This document shows positions 1 to 10,200 of a DNA stretch of 64,000 nt, one piece after another. Each line of letters opens with the position of its first letter. Position 1 is the stretch's first letter. The notes below the pieces were generated by a model, which saw only the letters and a list, made by a program, of their open reading frames with translations, searched no databases and had not been told where the DNA came from. The DNA is from Acholeplasma sp. Lineage in GTDB: Bacteria > Bacillota_I > Bacilli_A > Acholeplasmatales > UBA5453. The translations under genes and the position numbers were made by a program. The stretch lies in NCBI GenBank assembly GCA_036677365.1, contig JAVBWN010000021.1:1-64000 (forward strand), in the 5' to 3' direction.

Positions 1-286
1 TGGAGTTAGAATCAAAAGAGGTTTATATAAGAGTCAAAAAGGCACTTTAATCAATGCCGATCAAAATGCCTCACTAAATATGATTAGAAAAGGTAATCCC
101 GATGCCTTATGGATAGGGAATAAAGGTGTGAACACACCTAAGCGCACATACCTATTTGGTGTGTAGTCGCTTTAAATAAGACGAGTTAAATCGTTAAGAG
201 GTATATATCATAAATCATTCTGTAAAGGGTGATTTATTCACCTCTTTGTTCTATTAACAATGGTTTTAGACAAGAAAACCCTTCAG
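1..286 (+). mobile_element. Right-hand part of an IS200/IS605-superfamily (tnpB-carrying) insertion sequence
   Basis: tnpB C-terminus, several hairpins, then a subterminal hairpin GGTTTT(262-267)/AAAACC(275-280) followed by TTCAG (282-286), resembling a TCAN right end. The exact boundary is inferred. Confidence 0.6.
2..166 (+). CDS. tnpB: 3' end of an IS200/IS605-superfamily RNA-guided endonuclease TnpB (truncated by window start; not in the ORF track)
   Basis: Frame 2 translates to GVRIKRGLYKSQKGTLINADQNASLNMIRKGNPDALWIGNKGVNTPKRTYLFGV*. R.KRGLY...G..INAD.NA..N..RK is the typical TnpB C-terminal RuvC-III motif. Confidence 0.8.
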   Translation, partial: GVRIKRGLYKSQKGTLINADQNASLNMIRKGNPDALWIGNKGVNTPKRTYLFGV

Positions 287-302
287 TGAGCAACATCGTA
301 AA
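120..302 (+). ncRNA. Putative TnpB omega/reRNA scaffold plus guide
   Basis: Stacked hairpins overlapping and following the tnpB stop: AGGTGTG/CACACCT (124-139), AAGAGGT(196-202)/ACCTCTT(240-246) enclosing ATAAATCA(210-217)/TGATTTAT(230-237), TTGTT/AACAA (246-260), GGTTTT/AAAACC (262-280). Position matches the known reRNA location. Ends are approximate. Confidence 0.5.
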
Positions 303-481
303 AGTATCAAGACCTGTCATTATTCCAGTTTAAAAATATAAAAAAATACTGAACGAAAAAATATTTTCATATTCAAATTAAATACTATGATACAATGATA
401 AGGAAAGACTAATATATTTGATTTTCAAATAAAATGATCAAATGGATACGTAAGAGATTAATAACATAAAAGGACAATTGT

Positions 482-1432
482 ATGAAAAAAAATATTGGCA
501 ACATCATGACGGTTATCACAACACTTACTTTGACAGTTTTAGGTTTTGTTTTAGGTGGGTTTCATCTAAGTGAACTTCAATATGACACGTTGATGATTCT
601 ATGTATTGTTTATCTCATCAGTATGGTTTATTGTTTTGTTGTTGGTGAAATCACTCGGAATAATTCTCAAATGGATAAACTATGGTCCATTTTACCGATT
701 GTTTATGCATGGATCATTGTCATCAAAGGGGATATGAATGTACGTCTAATCATCATGGCCATACTCATTACGCTTTGGGGTAGCAGATTAACTTATAATT
801 TTGCAAAAAAAGGGGCGTATTCCATCAAGTTTTGGTCTGGAGAAGAAGACTATCGCTGGATTGTGTTAAGACAAAATCCGAAATTCAATCAAAAATGGAA
901 ATGGGCATTATTTGATTTGTTCTTCATCTCGATTTATCAAAATGCGTTGGTACTTGCAATCTGTTTACCACTGCTTTCAACCATGGAATCATCGGTCGCA
1001 TTCAATCTATGGGATGGATTGGTTGCAGCCCTGTTATTGGGATTCATCCTATTAGAGACCATCGCAGACAAACAACAAATGTCATTCCAAACGACCAAAT
1101 ATGAACTACTCAAAGGAAATAAGAAGTTAGAAGATTTACCGAGTCCTTATAATAAAGGGTTTAATACCCAAGGTTTATGGGGTCGTTCCAGACACCCAAA
1201 CTATTTTTCTGAACAATCGATCTGGGTTGTATTATATCTATTTTGTATTACTGCAGGTGTGACGAATTATGTGTTCTTCAACTGGACACTCATCGGTTCG
1301 ATGTTTCTAATTTTGTTATTTATCGGCAGTTCACAGTTTTCAGAAGGTATTTCACTTAAAAAGTACCCTGAATATCAGGACTATATCCATAAAGTTTCAA
1401 AATATGTGCCTTTAAAAAAGTATGTTGACTAA
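482..1432 (+). CDS. DUF1295 family (steroid 5-alpha-reductase-like) membrane protein
   Basis: Multiple TM helices; motifs N.SQMDKLWS, WGSRLTYNF, EDYRW, ETIADKQQ, GLW..SRHPNYFSEQ..W, KYPEY..Y...VSKYVP. Confidence 0.85.
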   Translation: MKKNIGNIMTVITTLTLTVLGFVLGGFHLSELQYDTLMILCIVYLISMVYCFVVGEITRNNSQMDKLWSILPIVYAWIIVIKGDMNVRLIIMAILITLWGSRLTYNFAKKGAYSIKFWSGEEDYRWIVLRQNPKFNQKWKWALFDLFFISIYQNALVLAICLPLLSTMESSVAFNLWDGLVAALLLGFILLETIADKQQMSFQTTKYELLKGNKKLEDLPSPYNKGFNTQGLWGRSRHPNYFSEQSIWVVLYLFCITAGVTNYVFFNWTLIGSMFLILLFIGSSQFSEGISLKKYPEYQDYIHKVSKYVPLKKYVD

Positions 1433-1574
1433 AAATTGTTACGCACACCGATTATAGAGGTAAAACCATCCAATGCGGTGGTTTTTTTCTTGTGACAATG
1501 TGGTGACAATTTCATAATTATATTTAAATATTTTAAATAATATGTTAAAGTATCGTTGAAAGGGTGTGTTTTTA

Positions 1575-2078
1575 ATGAAAAAGGTATACTCCTTAATTGG
1601 ATTATTGATGATTGTACTATCATTTCGTTCAACTACAAGCGCTATGCAAGCCCCCTATATCGATGCTTTCATCGATTATGAAGCTTTCTTAAACGGGGTT
1701 GAGTATTACTTAGGCGATACCTATTATTTTGAACCGAATGAGATTGACTTGCATGAAGATTATTATGTGAGTTATCAAATTAAACATGACGCATACAACC
1801 GAAAATCATTCAATATGGGTGGGAACCCATTGTTTATTTACCAAAGTAAAGATAAGCGTAATGATTACCATTTTGAATTACATCTAAAAATGAAGCCTGG
1901 ACAAGAAGCCATGATGCGATCTTCAAGTTCAGGTAGTTTTCATGTGTTACAAGGCGAGAATAACAGTTATGTTCAAATCAGAATCCTCAATGATACCCCA
2001 TTGCCAGAGAGCGAAATTGAAAAAATATTCCAGTTCATTTGTACAATATATAGTAAAACTTGGACGGTGAGTTCATGA
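1575..2078 (+). CDS. Hypothetical exported protein
   Basis: ATG at 1575 after AAGGGTG; MKK plus hydrophobic stretch and A-x-A-like cleavage region; no family recognised. Confidence 0.6.
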   Translation: MKKVYSLIGLLMIVLSFRSTTSAMQAPYIDAFIDYEAFLNGVEYYLGDTYYFEPNEIDLHEDYYVSYQIKHDAYNRKSFNMGGNPLFIYQSKDKRNDYHFELHLKMKPGQEAMMRSSSSGSFHVLQGENNSYVQIRILNDTPLPESEIEKIFQFICTIYSKTWTVSS

Positions 2079-2641
2079 GAAATCTTATGATATTAATGAT
2101 GGTTTTATCCATCAGTTTGAACAGTTGTTTTGCAAATATACGTAATTCATACACTTATAGTAAAACATTTCGTTCGATGGCATTGTTGTATGAAGCACTG
2201 GAAAAAGACGATGAAATCATCATCCTTCGTTTAGAACTCAATCCTGGTGAAACTCAGGATTATCCTGCCACCATTCAATACCATTCAGACACCGATGCGA
2301 TTTATGAATATGAATATAGAACCGAACACAAAGGCCTAACCTACAGAAGTTATGTACGAATGACCCGCGAAGAATCGAGAACTTCAGGTGGCGCATTATT
2401 TAGAGGGGAAATCATCGATGAAGAAATTATCCATGAAGATTTGATCATCCGAACCCATCTTAGACCAGCCTCAAAGTATAATGGACCATTGACGTTTACC
2501 GTTAACTGTTACTTCAAGTTAAATGGCATTGGGTATTATGGCGAGATTGTTCACGTCAATGAAATATCAGAAAACTTTGACAAAAAAGTATTTATCGACT
2601 ATATTATAGAATTGTATGAAGTCAATAAAACCGTTGCTTAG
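2075..2641 (+). CDS. Hypothetical exported protein (possible lipoprotein)
   Basis: ATGA overlap with the upstream stop at 2075-2078; N-terminal hydrophobic stretch ending in LNSC; no family recognised. Confidence 0.6.
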   Translation: MRNLMILMMVLSISLNSCFANIRNSYTYSKTFRSMALLYEALEKDDEIIILRLELNPGETQDYPATIQYHSDTDAIYEYEYRTEHKGLTYRSYVRMTREESRTSGGALFRGEIIDEEIIHEDLIIRTHLRPASKYNGPLTFTVNCYFKLNGIGYYGEIVHVNEISENFDKKVFIDYIIELYEVNKTVA

Positions 2642-2649
2642 GGAGAAGT

Positions 2650-3591
2650 ATGCATAATCCATATTTAGATCACGTTTCTAAAACACTGAAAGAAAAATTC
2701 AAAGTGGATGTCGTTGAAGACATTCTTTTGGTGCGTAAAGACCGTGTCATCTTGTATGGTGAGAATAATCTATCTGAAGACAATGTCCTTTATGTTATCA
2801 CAGGGTCATTGAAATTAATCGGATTTGAGGAATCAGCAACCATTCGCTTAACTGACATACTCAAAAGATTCGAATTCAATAACGCCTATTCAGATGTGGC
2901 AGGCAAAACGGAGTATTATAGTTATGTGTATGGCGAACTATTCAATCAGAGACCACACACGAGTGTGACACTGCCCATCTTAAATAATGGCGAACGTATA
3001 TGGATTACGATTGCTCGATTCGTGGTCGATGCGAACCCTGCACTGGCTGCTTATTTCATCACCAATGTGAGTGATGTCATGTTGGGTGAAGAACAAAACT
3101 ATGCAAAAACACACCGTGATTCGCTAACGGGCCTGTTCAATAAATATACCCTAGATTTTCATTATGGTAAACGGTATAACAACCCCGATTTTCATGTGAT
3201 GTATTTAGACATCGATAACTTCAAAGAAGTCAATGACAGCGATGGACACATGGCTGGTGACCAATGTTTGGTTGCTTTTTCGAATATTTTAAAAAGCTAT
3301 GCCAACGAATTGAACCATTTTTATCGAAATGGGGGCGATGAGTTTGTAGGTCTATTGTTTGGCAAAGAAACGGATATCAGACGGATGGCAGAAGAAATAT
3401 TGATTCAAGTCAGAAGCATCAAATCACCATTATCCCAAACCCCATTGTCTGTTTCCATCGGTATTGTTCAAGCGAGAATGCGTCAAGATGTGATTCGTAA
3501 AGCCGATATGTTGTTATATAAAGCCAAACGTATGGGTAAGAATCAATATATTTATGAAATTGAAAAAACCAGACAACATGAAGAGGACTAA
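2650..3591 (+). CDS. GGDEF-domain diguanylate cyclase with PAS-like N-terminal region
   Basis: DSLTGLFNK, LDIDNFKEVND..GH..GD, intact RNGGDEF, SVSIG, AD..LY.AK..GKN. Confidence 0.92.
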   Translation: MHNPYLDHVSKTLKEKFKVDVVEDILLVRKDRVILYGENNLSEDNVLYVITGSLKLIGFEESATIRLTDILKRFEFNNAYSDVAGKTEYYSYVYGELFNQRPHTSVTLPILNNGERIWITIARFVVDANPALAAYFITNVSDVMLGEEQNYAKTHRDSLTGLFNKYTLDFHYGKRYNNPDFHVMYLDIDNFKEVNDSDGHMAGDQCLVAFSNILKSYANELNHFYRNGGDEFVGLLFGKETDIRRMAEEILIQVRSIKSPLSQTPLSVSIGIVQARMRQDVIRKADMLLYKAKRMGKNQYIYEIEKTRQHEED

Positions 3592-3712
3592 ATAGCCTCT
3601 TTTTTATTATAAATATTATCACTAATTAGAATTTTTTTCATTAGTGTTGAAGTTTATACGAAAAAGTTTTATTCTATCTATATAAAATAATTTTAAATAA
3701 GGGGGAGACTTT

Positions 3713-4501
3713 ATGACCATATTACAAGCATTTCTATTGACCCTCTTTGCTGGGTTATCCACAGGCATTGGGTCATTACTGGCTTTTAACAAAAAGGCCA
3801 CATCTAAAACATTTTTGTCCTTTGCTTTAGGTCTATCCGCAGGGGTAATGATTTATGTTTCGTTCGTCGAAATATTCGTTAAAGCTAAGGACGCATTGAT
3901 CATTGATTTTGGTGTTAAAAATGGGTACATTTTGACCACTTTATCGTTTTTTTCAGGGGTATTCTTAATTGGGTTAATCGATAAACTGGTACCCGATAAG
4001 GAAAACCCACATGAAATTCGTGACATCAGTGAAATGAAAGTAAAAGACCATAAATTATTAAGAATGGGTTTGTTTTCAGCACTCGCAATCGCAATCCATA
4101 ACTTCCCTGAAGGTTTGGCGACCTTCATCGCGGCTTTACAAAACCCAACTTTAGGGATTGGGATTGCAGTGGCGATTGCCATCCATAACGTCCCTGAAGG
4201 CATCGCGGTTGCTGTACCGATTTACCAAGCCACGGGTTCAAGAAAGAAAGCATTTTTGTATTCGTTTGCCTCAGGGTTATCCGAACCGATAGGCGCGTTA
4301 CTGGGCTATTTCCTGTTAAGACATTTTTTAACCGATTCGATGTTTGGATTTGTTTTCGGTCTGGTCGCTGGGATCATGGTTTATATCTCATTGGATGAAC
4401 TATTGCCTACCGCTGAAAAGTATGGCAAACACCACATTGCAATCTATGGTTTAATCACTGGCATGGCCATCATGGCACTCAGTTTGGTCTTATTCGTGTA
4501 A
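3713..4501 (+). CDS. zupT: ZIP family zinc transporter ZupT
   Basis: AGLSTGIG, SAGVMIYVSFVEI, IAIHNFPEG, IAIHNVPEGIAVAVPIY.ATG, SGLSEPIGA, GIMVYISLDELLP. Confidence 0.93.
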   Translation: MTILQAFLLTLFAGLSTGIGSLLAFNKKATSKTFLSFALGLSAGVMIYVSFVEIFVKAKDALIIDFGVKNGYILTTLSFFSGVFLIGLIDKLVPDKENPHEIRDISEMKVKDHKLLRMGLFSALAIAIHNFPEGLATFIAALQNPTLGIGIAVAIAIHNVPEGIAVAVPIYQATGSRKKAFLYSFASGLSEPIGALLGYFLLRHFLTDSMFGFVFGLVAGIMVYISLDELLPTAEKYGKHHIAIYGLITGMAIMALSLVLFV

Positions 4502-4517
4502 ATGATACTCATTTAAG

Positions 4518-4543
4518 AGGAAGCTAAACACTTCCTTTTTTTT
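4518..4543 (+). terminator. Intrinsic terminator after zupT
   Basis: AGGAAG/CTTCCT stem followed by a T run. Confidence 0.7.
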
Positions 4544-4644
4544 GCCAAAATGTCGTAAATTTATGGGTAAATGTGTGTTTATCGGCTTAGATTGTGGGGG
4601 TATTGACTGATTTTATGAATTATTAAGTAATTGTTAACATCGAT

Positions 4645-4674
4645 TTGACGGTTTTTTTCTAAAGATGGTATAAT
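4645..4674 (+). promoter_or_regulatory. Sigma70/SigA-type promoter of the fibre operon
   Basis: TTGACG (4645-4650), 18 bp spacer, extended -10 TGnTATAAT (TATAAT 4669-4674). Confidence 0.75.
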
Positions 4675-4730
4675 TTAAGCATCCAAATTAGGCTTAACAT
4701 AGTTAAGTGAAAAGCGAAAGGAGCAGCCAC

Positions 4731-5375
4731 ATGAATCATAAGTCGATGAGTGTTACAATCATCATGTTCATATTGTCATTGTTGGTTTTTTCTGCATCCT
4801 CTTTCGCATGGTTTGCTTTATCGGATTCTTCACGTGTCAATGAGTTTGTGGTTCCGGTCAATAATTATGAAGCTGAAATTATTTTCCAAGTCAGCAAGAA
4901 TGGCGGTTCATACACGACCATCACTACGGAAGCACAAATGACGGCGTTCTTGAATAACAGCTTACCAGGGGATTTATTTGAGTTCATCGTGACCATTGAA
5001 AATCTTTCGACCTCCTCCGTGGTTGCGAGTATATACTTTAATGACATTACAAGCAGTAACCCAAATGCAGGTTACGACATGCGTAATGTTTTTTACCTTG
5101 TTGATGGCGTTGTGGTTGTGAATGCTTCCAACAACAACCTACCGCTCAATTCAACGACACCTGTGACTTTTGAGGGACAAACCTTCTCAAATTATCGTTT
5201 GTCTAATTTGATCGATGCTTCTCAAGACATCACCATCATCACCAATGTCAACATTCCAATCAGTCAAATTGTATTCATTGAGTTTGCGATTCAATTTGAT
5301 CCCAATACATCTAAACAAGAATACCAAGCAGGCATCCTTAGCATCGCATCCTTGCTTGCTGTATTCGATGCTTAG
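4731..5375 (+). CDS. SipW-type signal peptide protein, TasA/camelysin-like subunit 1
   Basis: AAAGGAG RBS before ATG 4731; hydrophobic N-terminus ending SSFAWF; LPGD..F.VTIEN.S motif; beta-rich with no C-terminal anchor. Confidence 0.72.
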   Translation: MNHKSMSVTIIMFILSLLVFSASSFAWFALSDSSRVNEFVVPVNNYEAEIIFQVSKNGGSYTTITTEAQMTAFLNNSLPGDLFEFIVTIENLSTSSVVASIYFNDITSSNPNAGYDMRNVFYLVDGVVVVNASNNNLPLNSTTPVTFEGQTFSNYRLSNLIDASQDITIITNVNIPISQIVFIEFAIQFDPNTSKQEYQAGILSIASLLAVFDA

Positions 5376-5380
5376 GAGGG

Positions 5381-5968
5381 ATGAACATGACTAAACGACT
5401 CTTAGGTTTAACCGTCAGTATGGTGCTAACTTTGATTTTACTTGCGACTACCGTGTATGCGTATTATTTTGACCGTAAAGAAACTGGTAGTGTCGATTTG
5501 ACACTAGGTGAAGTGTCCTTCACTTGGACAGGTGCGTTTGTTACAGACTTTGTGATGCCAGCACAAGAACTGATCGATACCCCATTTACCTTAAATAACC
5601 AATCTACCGTTGAAACCGAATTACGATTCAGCGTCGTTGCATCCACCTCTTTATTGGGCACGGTGGATTTAGAAGATATCTTTACTGTATACGAGTTTGA
5701 TGCCGATTGGGTATTAGAATCGGATGGATATTATTATTACCGCGGTACAAATACCGATTCAACCTCTGAACCAGGTAAGTATAAAATCCCTACAAACGTC
5801 TTACAAATTCCGGTTTTACTATCACTCAAATTGGATGGCTATGTCATCAGAAATGAACATGTTGGACAAACCGTGACTTTATCATTAACTTTCCAAGCCA
5901 AACAAGGCCCATTCATCGATTGGGCAACCTTAGGCTCGACCAATTACGATTTTTCTACGGGACAATAA
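5381..5968 (+). CDS. SipW-type signal peptide protein, TasA/camelysin-like subunit 2
   Basis: Signal ending TTVYAYY, then ...LTLGEV; VMPAQ...FTLNNQSTVETELRF, W....DGYYYY, terminal strand LTFQAKQ. Confidence 0.75.
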   Translation: MNMTKRLLGLTVSMVLTLILLATTVYAYYFDRKETGSVDLTLGEVSFTWTGAFVTDFVMPAQELIDTPFTLNNQSTVETELRFSVVASTSLLGTVDLEDIFTVYEFDADWVLESDGYYYYRGTNTDSTSEPGKYKIPTNVLQIPVLLSLKLDGYVIRNEHVGQTVTLSLTFQAKQGPFIDWATLGSTNYDFSTGQ

Positions 5969-5995
5969 CCCGTTTAACCCAAAGGGGGTGAGGCC

Positions 5996-6565
5996 ATGAA
6001 CAAAATAAGATTTATCGAAAGCATTATGATTTTGATCATGGTGCTTGCATTATTAACCACGGGTATATTCGCATGGATCATTGCGCGTTTTCAATCAGAA
6101 CCGGTCATATTTACCAGCGGATCAATCACTGTGGATGCACAACTTTATACCGCCAATGATGCCAATAAAGATGGTATTTTAGACGGTGGTTATACCGAAA
6201 TCACCAGTGCTGGGATTGATTTTACGAATTTGATGCCTGGGCAAGTATATACGTTTAGATTGATCATTGAAAATACGGGTACTGCACCAGGACACTTGGA
6301 CATTACAGTTAAAGACATTCTACCATCCAACCTAGCCTTATTTAACTTACTGACGGTGGATTTCATTCACCCGACCACATTGGTCAATACCAGTTTAGAT
6401 TTAAATAGCACCGAAGTCGTATTCTTTTCTAACTACGTGCTCGATTTTGAAGGCACACTCACATTTGATTTTACCATTCAAATTGAACCAGAAATCAACA
6501 ACACACTTCACAGTGAGTCGATCACAATAGGTTACTTTGAAGTACGCTTAGATCAAATACCATAA
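5996..6565 (+). CDS. SipW-type signal peptide protein, TasA/camelysin-like subunit 3
   Basis: Signal ending TGIFAW, then FTSGSITV; NLMPGQVYTFRLIIENTG closely follows the TasA/CalY N.L.PGD....F.I.N.G pattern. Confidence 0.8.
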   Translation: MNKIRFIESIMILIMVLALLTTGIFAWIIARFQSEPVIFTSGSITVDAQLYTANDANKDGILDGGYTEITSAGIDFTNLMPGQVYTFRLIIENTGTAPGHLDITVKDILPSNLALFNLLTVDFIHPTTLVNTSLDLNSTEVVFFSNYVLDFEGTLTFDFTIQIEPEINNTLHSESITIGYFEVRLDQIP

Positions 6566-6586
6566 CACCCAAAGGAGGTTAACAGG

Positions 6587-7294
6587 ATGAAAAACTTAAC
6601 CAAAATGATTCTAACTTTTGTTTTGTTAGCCTCAGTCGCAGCGATTTCAATTGCGGGATGGTTAACCAATCAAAACAATGATACCGATGATGTTACTATT
6701 GGTGAAGTTAGCGTTGAAATTGTCGCTTATTTTGAATATTATGATGAGTTCAATGTCCTTCAACAAAAAACAACCGATATTGAATATGAATATACAGTCG
6801 ATGGACAAGGTTCTTTCACTAAATTTGGAATTTATCGTGTCAATCTTTCTAACCCGAATGATGCTCAGTTTATTAAAAATCTTCGTGTTAATATCAATGT
6901 TTTAAGCAGTGTGGACTCTTACATGAGGGTAGGGGTATACGAGCAATTGACACTTTCTTATGTGTCAGGTGGTAAGAGTTACGAGGTTGCAATCACACAA
7001 CCAACCAAAATGCCATTCAACTATATGGATGAAGTGGATTTAGTCAACCCTTACTTTTATGATAATCGCGATAACGATGGCTTTTTCTATTACACAAATA
7101 CAATCAAACGAAATCCAGATACTACCCCAAATACAATCACTTTCGTAGCAGATTTTGGTAGTACACCGTTTAATTTGTATGACAGTAGTTACAGTCTTCA
7201 ACTTGGATTTATCATTGAAGCTGTTCAATCGATTGAAGGACCAGTAATCAACTGGAATCTTCCAAATAGACCTTGGGATGACGGAGCGTGGTAG
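6587..7294 (+). CDS. SipW-type signal peptide protein, TasA/camelysin-like subunit 4
   Basis: AAGGAGG RBS; signal ending SIAGWLT, then VTIGEVSV; SSVDSYMRV, DGFFYY, LGFIIEAVQ shared with subunit 2. Confidence 0.72.
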   Translation: MKNLTKMILTFVLLASVAAISIAGWLTNQNNDTDDVTIGEVSVEIVAYFEYYDEFNVLQQKTTDIEYEYTVDGQGSFTKFGIYRVNLSNPNDAQFIKNLRVNINVLSSVDSYMRVGVYEQLTLSYVSGGKSYEVAITQPTKMPFNYMDEVDLVNPYFYDNRDNDGFFYYTNTIKRNPDTTPNTITFVADFGSTPFNLYDSSYSLQLGFIIEAVQSIEGPVINWNLPNRPWDDGAW

Positions 7295-7296
7295 AC

Positions 7297-10200
7297 ATGA
7301 TTAAAAACATCTTTAAAAAATTAATCATCACCTTAATGATGTCCGTATTTGTGTTAGCGGTCTTTTTTGAGATTGCTAAAAGGGTACCCATCACCCCTGG
7401 TTTAGACGATCAAGTCCAAACTTCGGTGTTCAACAATGGTTTTTTTGATACCAATTTAACCAAAGCCAACAAAGCAGAACCGATGGTAACTTTCAGTCAA
7501 ATCCAAACCATCATCGTTACACACATGAATCAATCGTTTTCGACACCAGATGCACGTGATACATCGATGCTAAGTGCCATCTCCACATTGGTAGGAACAA
7601 AGCGAATCGCGATTGAAACGGCAGATGATTTGTATAACTTCTCAACAGCTGTGTCTTGGAATTGGATTAACACCGCCAATTATGCCAACTATTTTTATTA
7701 CAAAACGGTCAGTTATTTGTTAGATCAAGACTATGCATTGGTCTCGGATATCGATTATCGCAATATGAGAGCGAAGACATTCAATCCAATTGGTATCGAT
7801 CTCGATTTACCAATCGATTATGACCCCAATACTCCGGGCGAACAAGACCCGATTTTCCCATTTACAGGTAGTTTCGATGGTCAAGGATTCAGCATTTCAA
7901 ACCTATATGTTTCGGGCTATAGTTATGTCACAGTAGATTATTCATTTGATGGTACTGAACAAAACAGCCAAATTTTTTCATTAATTCAAAGTTACTCGAT
8001 GTTCGCTTTAATTGGCGAAACTGGGGTGGTAAAAAACTTGACGGTCAGAAATCCAAACTTTGAATTGTTGGATGCACCTGAAGGTTTAACCAAAGCAGCG
8101 ATGTTCGTTGGTACGAACCACGGGACAATTTACAATGTTTCTGTGATTGATACCAAAACCAATGCACAAGGTGCTTCGATTGCAGGGATTCGTTTCAATG
8201 TTTTATTTGTCCAAGCAGGCACCACCTTTACCGCGGCCGGTTTCGCACATACCAATGCGGCCACAGGTAAAATTTACAATTCATTCTTCATCAGCGATAA
8301 AGTCATGGCCGATGGTTCACGTTCAAGATTCAATGTACGTCCATTTGTTTATACCAACAGTGGTACCATCTCGGGTGTCGCTTATGATCAATTACTCATT
8401 CCAAATGTGGATTCAACCACATTACCTCAAAGTTTCCCCAATTACACACAAGCACAATTTAGAAGTGGTACAGCTTCGGGGTCACCAATTTCAATCAACA
8501 ATACCAACCTTCAAACATTGTATGGTGAAACTCGTCAATGGAATTACTATGTTCAAGATGGGTTCCCGATATTATTTAAACTTACCTATGTTTCAGGGGC
8601 ATTTGAAATTGCGAATGAAATGGATTTAATCGCATTCAATAAACTCATTAACTACAACACCCCATACAACGGGATTACTTATGACACACACAACTATCGT
8701 TTAACCGATGACGTTGATATGAGAAACATCAAAGGGTATGTTACGCCTACCAAAGAGTTCAAGGGCACGTTTAGTGGTGGGACCAGTGAGTTTTCAAGTT
8801 CAAGTACCAATACCAACAAATATATCTACAATATGACCATAGATAAACCGGTCATCATTGGTAATAACTACTATATGGGCTTATTCAGTATATTGAGTGG
8901 TACTGTTCGTAACATCAATTTGATGAATAATCAAATGAATCTTACCCTCACTGCGGATAACTATGGTCGTACATTCAATGTTGGTTCAATCGCAGGTGTA
9001 TCCACAGGAACGATTCGAAATATCGTCAGCGATACAGATATCCAAACAGGCACAGCCGCCATTGGTAGAAGTTTTATCGGTGGGATTGCAGGGTCAGCAC
9101 AAGGGTCTGTAACCTATGTAGCCAATCTAGGTATCATCGATGGTAATGCACACAACTTCAATAATTTAACCATCAATGGTTTGTTTTCCATCGGTGGTAT
9201 CCTAGGGTCAACCACTGGCACAACATTGATTTTAACCAACAGCATCAACTTGGGTGAAATCCGTGGCATTGGGTTAGCATCCGGTAGCCAATTTAACGTA
9301 GCTGTGGGTAGTTCGATTCAAAATCGCGTGGGCGGAATCATTGGTGAAGTAACCAATACTGCAAGCACCAACCACTCATTTTATTATGTTACAAACGAGG
9401 GTAAAGTTGCTGCCAATGATTTCACAGGAAAATCAGGTGGCACCGTTCAAAACTTCATTGGCGGTATTTTTGGTGAGGTTCAAGGCTTGGCTTTCCAAAT
9501 CACCAATCCAACCAATCCAATCACATTTAGAAATGGTCGTTGGCAAAATAAAGGGATCATTGAAGCCAACCACATCAACACCTTTACCACCACCAACAGC
9601 GCTGGCATTGGGGTAGTATCAACGACAACCACCAAGGCTGAGTTTACTTATATGACCAACAGTGGTGGATTCAATTTCCCAAATTTGAATTATCAAAATC
9701 ACAATACGTATGTCTTTTATTCAGCAACCATCTTAGATAATTCCACGGGTGGTGTAAAATTATCGCGTGCTTATAATACAGCGAATTTTACATTTGGTCC
9801 TTCGTATTTTAACAATACATCCGGTATCACAGTAACTACGATTAGAATCGCACCTTTCTTTGTTTCGAAAAATAGTATGGACAAAGACCTTTTATTTGTT
9901 GAAAACAAGGGTCAGATCTTAGTGGGTAGTATTTCAGCAACCACATCCAACGTCGCTGTTGAGTTAGAGGTCGCTGGTATCACCTTATCCAATAATGTAT
10001 ATTATAATAACGTTATCAATAGTGGTGACATTCGCTTATTAAGACTCAATCAATCCGCTGAAGTCTGGGTATCGGGTATCTCAAAGAGATTATCTTATAA
10101 TTCGACTTTAAACGATGAATATACAATGAAAAATTCCATCAATAAAGGTGCCATTGTTACGGCATTGATTTCTGGAAATACTGCAGTTTCAGGAACTAGT

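Noticed and set aside
4545..4730. c-di-GMP or other riboswitch upstream of the fibre operon
   Set aside because: The predicted 5' UTR is only ~50 nt with one small hairpin (CTTAAC/GTTAAG), and no GEMM-like motif is visible.
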